A stretch of 64,000 nucleotides of DNA from Dehalococcoidia bacterium (lineage in GTDB: Bacteria; Chloroflexota; Dehalococcoidia; Lucifugimonadales; UBA3495), in contig CBDCFB010000001.1 of the NCBI GenBank assembly GCA_965216065.1, forward strand, positions 77,802-141,801. The letters are read 5' to 3'. Made by a program: the position numbers and the translations under genes. The notes under the pieces were generated by a model. The model saw nothing but the letters and a program-made list of their open reading frames with translations. It was not told where the DNA came from and ran no database searches. Positions 8,939 to 16,384 of the stretch are shown in pieces. The first letter of the stretch is position 1. Every line of letters begins with the position of its first letter.

Positions 8939-10096
8939 TTAGGCGCCGGCCGGGTTGGCCGCGGCGTGAACCTGCCGGAGCACGCATTCGAACAGCGGCC
9001 TGGCCCGGCTCCTTATATCCTTCTTGCCGTTGTGGTCTAGGTAGTAAGCGTAGTCCTGGTCCGTGCTGCCGGAGAACTTCAGGCCCGAGCAGGTCAGCCC
9101 CTCGTTGTAGTCCACTTCCAGGTCCTGGTAGGGAACTTCGACCACGTCTTTTGAGACCATCCCGGAGTTCAGCATGAGGACACGCCGGTCGGTGGCCACG
9201 ACGACTCCGTTGTGGACCCCGAGTTCGAGGCCCCGTCCCCTCATACCCATGCCCCCTGCCTCGGTGGTGGCGCTTAGAACGGCGCCGATGGCCATCCGGC
9301 CCACCACGCCCTTCAGGGTGGTGAACTCTGTGGCGTCGCCCCAACGGCCGCCCATCCAGTACTCGATGTTCTCGCCGTCTTCCAGGGTTTCCTTGAGGAT
9401 GTCGAGTTCACCTGGGTAGGTGGTGAGATTCTCTCCGGTGAAAAAGTTGAGTAGCGTTGCTGTCAGGCGCTCCGGCACGCTGGGGTTGTTCCGCCCCCAC
9501 ATGGTGGAGCGTTCCCGCCACTGGGCATCGACCCGCTCCTCCTTGCTCATATCGGCGTAGCGGCTCGCCGGAGGAGGCGCGGTGGGCGCCCCGGGCGATG
9601 CTGTAGACCAAGCGGGGGTGGCCGGTGGTGGCGGAGCGGCCTGGAGTTCTTCCACCCTGCCGGCGAAATTACGGGCGGAGCCGTCTTCGACGTCCCGCAG
9701 TTTGAAGGCGCCCGCGCCGCCGTCGCCGGCCCAGTCGCTGTAGCTCCGCCCGGTGAGGGTCACTTCGCCTTCGCCGTCTACGTCGACTGATTTCAGGGCA
9801 TGTAGCGGCATTTCTGTTTTGAGTTTGTTCATGCCGCGCTTTTTCAGCAGGACCACCCGGCTTCCGGTTACAACGGCGATGCCGTCATACTGCCTCATCT
9901 TGTCCCACGGGTTGGCGTTGGGGCGGAACGCGTTTTCCGGGCCCCAGACGCCGCCCACGAGGGCCTCGATGCTCTCGTCATCGTTCAGCGCGTCGTGGAG
10001 CATCTGGAGTTCGCCGTCGTGGTCCTTGGGACCCCAGCCAGGCTGGAGTTCCCTGCAACGGGTGTCGATCATGCTCCGTTTGTTCTGCATAGCCAT
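8939..10096 (-). CDS. Protein with two bacterial PH (YokE-like) domains
   Basis: Two copies of the pattern 'E..L.....E.IE....G.WG........G..VVT..RV.LL.......K.E.P...L.SVD'. They are separated by a Pro-rich linker. Confidence 0.6.
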   Translation of the reverse strand: MAMQNKRSMIDTRCRELQPGWGPKDHDGELQMLHDALNDDESIEALVGGVWGPENAFRPNANPWDKMRQYDGIAVVTGSRVVLLKKRGMNKLKTEMPLHALKSVDVDGEGEVTLTGRSYSDWAGDGGAGAFKLRDVEDGSARNFAGRVEELQAAPPPPATPAWSTASPGAPTAPPPASRYADMSKEERVDAQWRERSTMWGRNNPSVPERLTATLLNFFTGENLTTYPGELDILKETLEDGENIEYWMGGRWGDATEFTTLKGVVGRMAIGAVLSATTEAGGMGMRGRGLELGVHNGVVVATDRRVLMLNSGMVSKDVVEVPYQDLEVDYNEGLTCSGLKFSGSTDQDYAYYLDHNGKKDIRSRARPLFECVLRQVHAAANPAGA

Positions 10097-10147
10097 CGCG
10101 TTACCTCCTATCTACATGGGCGACTTTCAGTAGGTTCCGTCCATATC

Positions 10148-10354
10148 TCACTGCTCCTCAAATGTGAGGACCATGGTCAGTCTGAATCTCTCTTCCGTCA
10201 GTGAAGTTCCCAGGATGAGGGAGTCCAGATTGCCGATGAGCGGCCTCTCCGTTCCTAGCCAGTATTTGGATGGGTCAATGTTGAAGCCGTCGCTCAGCGT
10301 GTCCAGTATTCCTGCTATGTCGAGGTAGGCTACATGCTGCAGTGGGTCTGGCAT
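10148..10354 (-). CDS. Hypothetical 68-aa protein (downstream member of a TAATG-coupled pair)
   Basis: The ATG at 10352-10354 shares its A with the TAA (10354-10356) of the upstream small ORF. The acidic, non-repetitive composition is unlike the shadow ORFs. Confidence 0.4.
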   Translation of the reverse strand: MPDPLQHVAYLDIAGILDTLSDGFNIDPSKYWLGTERPLIGNLDSLILGTSLTEERFRLTMVLTFEEQ

Positions 10355-10533
10355 TATAGTTCCGCCAGTTGAGAGAATCTTTCGTAGGATGCCAGCGGTG
10401 GTGTTTCGCCGTTCAGGGTGTCGTGGATCTCCATCACGCTTTTCCTTGTGGTGCCCAGGGCGATCCATCCCTCGGTGAAGAGTGCGTTGGCTTCGTGCTG
10501 GCTGAGGCTTTCATCAAACTGCTCCAGGTCCAT
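10354..10533 (-). CDS. Hypothetical 59-aa protein (MDLEQFDESLSQHEANALFTEGWIALGTTRKSVMEIHDTLNGETPPLASYERFSQLAEL)
   Basis: Hand-translated; it falls below the 60-aa track cutoff. No in-frame alternative start lies upstream, where the frame becomes Arg-rich junk. Confidence 0.4.
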   Translation of the reverse strand: MDLEQFDESLSQHEANALFTEGWIALGTTRKSVMEIHDTLNGETPPLASYERFSQLAEL

Positions 10534-10889
10534 TGTGGTCAGTTTGTCGTCGCCTATCCAGTCTTGGTCCGTGTTGTACCCCTGGTCTTCTAGGAAGTCG
10601 GCAGTGCGTCGCTTGCGTCTTCGATGCCGCGCGCGTCGCCTGTTTCGGCGACAATCAGCGCCTGCAGGCGCCCGCTGAATTCTTCTCTCTCTGGGCTGAA
10701 TCTGATCGTGCTGGGCAGGAGTGCGACTGCGATTCCGCCTGTCAATTCCTCTATTACATCGTCCCTGAGGTCGACTTGGCGGTCAACTTACTTCCCATGT
10801 TCTCTTTCCTTAGACCAGTCTTGCGGTTCACATTGTCCGACCTTTCGTGGGGGGGTGAGATTTGTCGCTGGCGGGAAGACTGGCCCTGA

Positions 10890-10920
10890 GATAAAGAAAA
10901 GCCCGGCTTTTGCCGGGCTT
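10890..10920 (-). terminator. Rho-independent terminator at the end of the defence operon
   Basis: Hairpin AAGCCCGGC-TTTT-GCCGGGCTT. On the minus strand it is followed by TTTTCTTTAT. Confidence 0.6.
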
Positions 10921-10992
10921 GGTGACCTGTGCTGTAGGTGTCCCGTTCCTCATCTTTTGTTGATGGGATCGGCTGAGCAGTGACCTCTGTTC

Positions 10993-11163
10993 TTACTTGT
11001 CGTCGGCCCTGTTCGCAGGGGTGGTGTCGTTCTTCGGAGGTGTCCATGGCTTCCGTTCCCCGGAGGGTGTCTTTGGCTTGGGCTGGCCTCCTCCTCTGCC
11101 TCTTTCTTGCAGGCCTTTTTCTGGTTTGACCTCTCGGGTTTCTGGTTTGTTTTCGTCTGCCAT
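10993..11163 (-). CDS. Hypothetical 56-aa Lys/Pro/Gly-rich protein
   Basis: MADENKPETREVKPEKGLQERGRGGGQPKPK... Its ATG overlaps the TAA of the 39-aa ORF upstream (TAATG). Confidence 0.4.
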   Translation of the reverse strand: MADENKPETREVKPEKGLQERGRGGGQPKPKTPSGERKPWTPPKNDTTPANRADDK

Positions 11164-11282
11164 TACGCTAGCTCCTTGGGGTGGCGGCGGCATTCGGGAT
11201 GCTCGCGCGACAGGATGCCGGCCTTCTGATGGCAGAAGGGGCAGGTGCCGGCGGCTGATTTCAGAAGGGCGGAGAGAGGCAT
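11163..11282 (-). CDS. Hypothetical 39-aa Cys/His mini-protein (MPLSALLKSAAGTCPFCHQKAGILSREHPECRRHPKELA)
   Basis: Hand-translated. It has CxxC...HxxC spacing, lies 13 nt downstream of the preceding gene stop, and is coupled to the next ORF. Confidence 0.4.
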   Translation of the reverse strand: MPLSALLKSAAGTCPFCHQKAGILSREHPECRRHPKELA

Positions 11283-11295
11283 GGGGGTTGTCTTC

Positions 11296-12069
11296 CTAGA
11301 AGAAGCCTGTCTGTTTCGCTTTTTCATAGAGCATGGAAATGGAGGCGACTACTTCACCTACGTCTTTGACAGCCTTGGAGGTTTTTCTTCCCAGTGAGGC
11401 TAATCTTGCCATTCGTGATCTCTTGCTGTCGGGGTGTCTCAGTTGAGGAGTCTTGAGATCCTCCCACTTTTGGGTGTCCCTGATGCAGGCTACGAAGTCC
11501 GCCCCTTTGGGAGTCAGGTACATGGAAAGGGGTGGCTCCGTGTTCCATTCTTCCTCGGCGTGAAAGTATCTGACCCTCAGGAGGCCGGCGAGATCCAGCT
11601 GGTTCAGGTTGTAACTGACTTGGAACTGGTCTCGTCCCATCCAGTGCTGCCGCATAGGGTAACCTGCCGGGAGGTAGGTATGGGACTTGTAGAAGTGCTT
11701 GTCCTTGGATCTGTCGTCTCCGAAGCTGATGGAATATTGCTCCCCGGGCGGTGCTGCATGGGTAAGTTTGCCGTACCACAGGGACTGGTCTCTGCCTGAT
11801 TGTGGACGGACAAGGGTATTAATAACTGGTAGTGGCAGTTCCCTGAAACGCAGTACTTCGTAGTGTCCCTCTTCCAAGGAAGTTCCCGGCTCCCTGTTGT
11901 AGATTCCCAACTTGTCTGCGGAGCCGTCTGGCTTTAGACTCACTTGTTGTTCTCTGTAAGCCAGTTCCCACTCTTCGGCGTCAGCCACCCAGAGTAGGAG
12001 TCCTCTCATGAGTTCGATGTCTTGATTCATATCCCGTCTGTTCGTTCCTTCCTCTCCTTGCTGTCCCAC
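11296..12069 (-). CDS. DUF2513-like winged-helix protein with a large internal insertion
   Basis: The N-terminus 'DIELMRGLLLWVADAEEWE' and the C-terminal 'LTPKGADFVACIRDTQKWEDLK' resemble the two ends of DUF2513 proteins (...LIRKIL..., ...LT..GH.FLD..RD...W). An alternative start lies at 12030. Confidence 0.5.
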   Translation of the reverse strand: MGQQGEEGTNRRDMNQDIELMRGLLLWVADAEEWELAYREQQVSLKPDGSADKLGIYNREPGTSLEEGHYEVLRFRELPLPVINTLVRPQSGRDQSLWYGKLTHAAPPGEQYSISFGDDRSKDKHFYKSHTYLPAGYPMRQHWMGRDQFQVSYNLNQLDLAGLLRVRYFHAEEEWNTEPPLSMYLTPKGADFVACIRDTQKWEDLKTPQLRHPDSKRSRMARLASLGRKTSKAVKDVGEVVASISMLYEKAKQTGFF

Positions 12070-12134
12070 AAATCAGGGTCAGCGGTCAGGGGTAGGAGAG
12101 AGTTTCCGGGGAATTCCTCAGGATTCTTCCGCAG

Positions 12135-14963
12135 TCACACAGCCCACGGACCTTCCCACCATCTCAGTCTCCCGTCGGCTGCCTCGTATGCTACGACGTC
12201 CGTGGTGACCCTGATGGTCCTGTCCTGAGGATCGGTCACCTTCCAGTGCTTCCCACCTATGTTCTTGGCCGTCCACCCTTCCGGCAGGAGGGCGGGGTCC
12301 CTCAGTGACTTCTCCAGGTCCTCCATCGTGATCCGTGGGTTGAGTGCGGCGTTCCGGGTGTCCCACATGGCGTTCAGCCGGTTGATGTCGAAGTCGTTCC
12401 TGGCCTCTATATTGTCTAGTTCGGCGTCCGGGTCCAGCCCGTCCCTGATGATGGCCTGGATGTTTGCAGCAATGATCGGCGGATAGGCACCCACGTTGTC
12501 CACTATGTCCTTGAACCTCCGCTCGACCGCCTTGTAGGCGTCGTGTTCGGCGGTGTTCTCATAGAAGAGATTCACGACGTCCACGACGGGTCTTTCCTGT
12601 CCGATCCGGTCGATTCTCCCGGCCCTCTGTTCCAAAGTCATGGGGTTCCACGGGATGTCATGGTTGACTAAGGCGGTGCAAAACTGGAGGTTCAGGGACT
12701 CTGATGCGGTTTCCGTGCAGAGGAGGATTCCCTGATTCTCTTTCCGGAAGGCCGCCAGGCGCTCTCCCCTGTCCCCCTCCACTTGGTCCTGACCGTATAG
12801 CTCCGTCACGTGGTTACCGGTGCCTCTGAGGTACTCTGCCAACCATTTCTGGGTGTCCCGGAACTGGGTGAACATCAGGATGTGGGAATGGCCGTCCTCC
12901 CGGAGCTCCAGGATGACTTCGTTCAGCCTGCTCCGCTTGGTGTCTTGCTGAGAAAGTCTCTCGGCCTCCTCTGCCGCCTTCAGCAGGAAATCAACATTGC
13001 TGACCTTTTGGAGGGCGCCTGCGGTCGAATCTTGGTCCTCATCCCAGTCGGCGTCGTTGAGCATGGTTGTCCAGTCGTCGTTGTCCTCCAGCTTCCTTTC
13101 AGCCGCGTTCCTGAGGGTCTGGGCGAAGGCGTAGGTTGATGACCCGAACCTCTTCCGAAATATGGTCCTGATGAACCCCAGGGACTGCTGGCTTATGTTC
13201 CGGTCCCCATAGCATTTCTGAACCACTTCGGTGATTTCGTCGTACAGCGCTCGCTCTTCCGTGGTCATCGTGATCACGGTGTCTCTGACCCGCCGGCTGG
13301 GTATCGGGGCGTTCAACAGGCCCTGTTCCCGGTATTGTCTGAGGAGCTGACGCGTGTGGCGACTCATCAGCCTTCTGGCCGGCGCCGAGTCCTCCATGGT
13401 GTTCATCGCCTGTTTGATTACGGCAGGATCTTGGAGCATGGATTCGATGTAGTCGTCGTTCTCGCTGCTCAGTATCCCGGACACTCTCGCAGTGGGGTTG
13501 GACTTCTTCCACAGGTCTTTCCTGAATTTCCATTCAGGGATGTCTGGTTCCGCGTCTTGATAGAACCTGCGATATTCGAACTCGTTCCATCCCTCTGGCT
13601 CGAGTAGTCCGAACAGGGCCCAGAGTTCCATCTCGTTCATCTGCATGGGCGTGGCAGTGAGAAGCAGCAGTTCCCGAGTTTGCTTGGAGAGCCGGTACAT
13701 CATCCTGAGGTACTGGTTTGGCTGCCTCCTTGTATCGTCATCTACGTCCCTGAATCTCGCCCGGTGGGCCTCATCGCAGATGACCAGGTCGTAGTCGCCG
13801 CAGGTTTGGAGAAACTGTTCGGTGTGCCTAACCAACCACTGCTGGCTGGCTATGCCGAGAGGAGTGTCCCATGCAGGTTGTCCGGCAGGCTCCGTACGAC
13901 CACTTCGGAAGGTCCTGAAGTTGGAGTCGATGATGGGCGCGTCGATGGCGAACTTCATGTAGAGTTCGCCTTGCCACTGCTTGTTGGCAGCCTTGGGCGC
14001 GATAATCAGCACCCTTTTTGCCAGACCCTGGTTCAGCCTGGTTTTCAGGATAACCCCGGCCTGTAGAGTCTTCCCCAACCCGACCTCATCCGCAATGAGC
14101 CGGCGGACCGGAGTTGCGGGGTCTATGTGCTGTTGACGGAACCTCTCCTGGTGGGGCCACAGGCTCGCTGGGATGGTGGCGGCCGTGCTGTCCGGGTCTT
14201 CTCTCAGGGATTCTCTGATGTTGGTCCAGTAGTCTGATGACAGGTCTGGGTCGGTTTGTGGCTTGAGTCGGGGCTTCGGGCGTAGCAGCTTTGGCGTCCC
14301 GGGTGGAGCTTTCTCTATGATGTAGTCCCGGTAGAGCTTGGGAAGGCTGATCACTCGCACTCCGGTGGCCTGGTTGTTCCAGAGGGCTTGAAAGTCCTCC
14401 TCATCTGCCTGAAGGTGAATGAGGGTGTCTCTATCGTTGAATACGTGGGTGGTCTCCCAGTTGGTGGTCCATCCAGAGAGGGTTTCATTCAGACTACCTG
14501 AGAAGGAGACCTTGTTGCCCTCGTCGTCTTCGACGATGCCGTACTTGCCGTGAAAAATAGTCGGCTCCCGGATTGCGACCTTCACTTCCATAATGTCGTT
14601 GGCGACGAGCCACGTCGCCAGTTCCAGATGGTCTCGAGTGAGGTCGTCCGGCTGTGTGAGGAGTAGGTCCTCCCTGTTGTGGGTCTGCTGGAGAGCGGTC
14701 TCTGCCTGTATCTGACCGTCATGGAGTGCCTGGAGGATGTCGGGGCGGACTGTGTGGTCGCAGATGAGTCGGATTCTTCCGTTGTTCCTGATGAGGCCGG
14801 CGGTTCCCGCAGCGGCGGCGATCAGTCCCTTGGCGGTGAAGGTGTAGGTGGTCCGGTCATACCGAACGGCTTCGCGGAGCAGAGGTTCGTACAGTCCGGC
14901 GATCATGTCCGGGCAGTTGCTGTGGTTGTAGACCGGTTTCAGATTCAGATCGGTGAGGGACAT
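12135..14963 (-). CDS. PLD-family (HKD) nuclease domain fused to an SNF2-family helicase
   Basis: HKD motif 'FHGKYGIVEDDEGNKVSFSGSLNET' at aa 137-161. SNF2 motifs are 'DEVGLGKTLQAG', 'VICDEAHRAR', 'LLLTATPMQ' and 'QRAGRIDRIGQ'. Confidence 0.9.
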   Translation of the reverse strand: MSLTDLNLKPVYNHSNCPDMIAGLYEPLLREAVRYDRTTYTFTAKGLIAAAAGTAGLIRNNGRIRLICDHTVRPDILQALHDGQIQAETALQQTHNREDLLLTQPDDLTRDHLELATWLVANDIMEVKVAIREPTIFHGKYGIVEDDEGNKVSFSGSLNETLSGWTTNWETTHVFNDRDTLIHLQADEEDFQALWNNQATGVRVISLPKLYRDYIIEKAPPGTPKLLRPKPRLKPQTDPDLSSDYWTNIRESLREDPDSTAATIPASLWPHQERFRQQHIDPATPVRRLIADEVGLGKTLQAGVILKTRLNQGLAKRVLIIAPKAANKQWQGELYMKFAIDAPIIDSNFRTFRSGRTEPAGQPAWDTPLGIASQQWLVRHTEQFLQTCGDYDLVICDEAHRARFRDVDDDTRRQPNQYLRMMYRLSKQTRELLLLTATPMQMNEMELWALFGLLEPEGWNEFEYRRFYQDAEPDIPEWKFRKDLWKKSNPTARVSGILSSENDDYIESMLQDPAVIKQAMNTMEDSAPARRLMSRHTRQLLRQYREQGLLNAPIPSRRVRDTVITMTTEERALYDEITEVVQKCYGDRNISQQSLGFIRTIFRKRFGSSTYAFAQTLRNAAERKLEDNDDWTTMLNDADWDEDQDSTAGALQKVSNVDFLLKAAEEAERLSQQDTKRSRLNEVILELREDGHSHILMFTQFRDTQKWLAEYLRGTGNHVTELYGQDQVEGDRGERLAAFRKENQGILLCTETASESLNLQFCTALVNHDIPWNPMTLEQRAGRIDRIGQERPVVDVVNLFYENTAEHDAYKAVERRFKDIVDNVGAYPPIIAANIQAIIRDGLDPDAELDNIEARNDFDINRLNAMWDTRNAALNPRITMEDLEKSLRDPALLPEGWTAKNIGGKHWKVTDPQDRTIRVTTDVVAYEAADGRLRWWEGPWAV

Positions 14964-15427
14964 TGGGAAATCGCCTTTCCTGTCAGGTATGTTTGTAGGA
15001 GAATGAGAGCCTGAGTGAAGGATTCCTCCTTGTACATTTCGGCCTGCTTTTCGGCTATGAATAGTGCAAGGGTTTTGGGTACGGGCAAGAAGGGCGGATC
15101 GCCGTATGGCAAAGTCTTAGGCTGTTCGTTATTTTCGATTTGACACCATAGGCGGATTATCAGTTCCGTATTCTTGACGCTGACCTTTGTGCGGTATTCT
15201 CCTACTGTTGAGTCTTTCAAGCTGATCCCGTGAGGGTCTCTGTGGTTGTGCTGAAGTGTGAAAGGAAGACCTGCGTAGATGGTCCCTCTGAATATTCTGT
15301 GATCTGCCGATGCTAGACCTAGTTGAGCATCAATTAACACTTCGAAGAGAAGGGTCTTTTCCTTGGTGTCATACCAGAACTCGGCGGCATCATGGATTGG
15401 GAAATGGGGAGGATGTATCGCCATCAC
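14945..15427 (-). CDS. Hypothetical 160-aa protein
   Basis: Ordinary amino-acid composition. It overlaps the helicase start by 19 nt within the operon. I recognise no family. Confidence 0.55.
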   Translation of the reverse strand: MMAIHPPHFPIHDAAEFWYDTKEKTLLFEVLIDAQLGLASADHRIFRGTIYAGLPFTLQHNHRDPHGISLKDSTVGEYRTKVSVKNTELIIRLWCQIENNEQPKTLPYGDPPFLPVPKTLALFIAEKQAEMYKEESFTQALILLQTYLTGKAISQCPSPI

Positions 15428-15485
15428 TGGCTCCTCAGTGAGTGGTGTTCACTGGTCCTGTTACCTGCAGTTCCTTTTTGCGGTG

Positions 15486-16349
15486 TCACCGGGATTCGAA
15501 GGTCATCCATCCTGACCGGTTGGGTGAGCTGGAGAAGAGTCCTCTCTGAGAGCGGCTAACCAACTTCGGTATGTGGATTTGTGGTTCTCCTGCCTGCCTA
15601 ATCAAGATTGCGAATGGCTCTCCTCCCGACACCATTTGAGCGGCCTGTATCTCGCTTCCACTCCACTGGTTCCCCCAGTCAAGCCTAACCCGAACAGTAG
15701 CATCCTCTATCACGAATTCGAGTTCCTCGTTGTCGTTTACCATCCGTATCCAGCCGGTTGTGTCTCCGAATAAAAAGGCCGCATTCTGCTGTGGTTCTAC
15801 ACCTTGTGGAAGTGGGGGTGTCTCCGCGGGCGCTATGTAAAATACTCCGAATGTGGGGCCGGCACTCACTGTCGTTGGTTCCGGAACGCTCGGATCTCTT
15901 CCATCTTTGGGCCGGGGACCTCCGAGCCTCTCCTTTATCATCGTGGCAATCCCCTCAATCGTATGATCGTTGGAGTTCAACAAATTGATCCCGGCTAAGG
16001 ATGGGCTGTGACTTCTGATCTCTTCAATGGTGATACCGTGCTGGATGGGAAATAAGTGCATTCCCTCGCCCATCCGCCTCTGGAATATCCCGTCCAGTTC
16101 GTACTGGGTCCAATATTTGTCGAAGAAAATTCTCGAGAGAATTACCGTGGCGGATCGACAGGCGGAGATTCCTTGGTCGATTCTTTGTCGAATGCTTTCT
16201 CCCCAAGGTATGTCGGACTCGTCCAACCATGCGTGTAGCCCTAGCTCCGTAAGGGCCTTGTGTAGCGGTCTGGCCAGGGTTTCCTTGTCCTCGCTGGCAT
16301 GGCAAATGAAGGTGTCGGGTTGCTCCGAATTGTTCGGGCGATGCAGCAC
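15486..16349 (-). CDS. TIR-domain protein with an unknown C-terminal domain
   Basis: 'FICHASEDKETLARPLHKALTELGLHAWLDESDIPWGESIRQRIDQGISACRSATVILSRIFFDKYWTQYELDG' is a classical bacterial TIR, including WxxxE (E84). I do not recognise the ~130 C-terminal aa. Confidence 0.85.
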   Translation of the reverse strand: MLHRPNNSEQPDTFICHASEDKETLARPLHKALTELGLHAWLDESDIPWGESIRQRIDQGISACRSATVILSRIFFDKYWTQYELDGIFQRRMGEGMHLFPIQHGITIEEIRSHSPSLAGINLLNSNDHTIEGIATMIKERLGGPRPKDGRDPSVPEPTTVSAGPTFGVFYIAPAETPPLPQGVEPQQNAAFLFGDTTGWIRMVNDNEELEFVIEDATVRVRLDWGNQWSGSEIQAAQMVSGGEPFAILIRQAGEPQIHIPKLVSRSQRGLFSSSPNRSGWMTFESR

Positions 16350-16384
16350 GGTCGGTGTCCTTTCTCTGTCTGTTTTGTGTAGGG

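Noticed and set aside
15486-16349. Calling the TIR gene a Thoeris system
   Set aside because: No ThsA-type (SIR2, Macro or SLOG) gene is present in the window. The TIR gene is embedded in a different operon.
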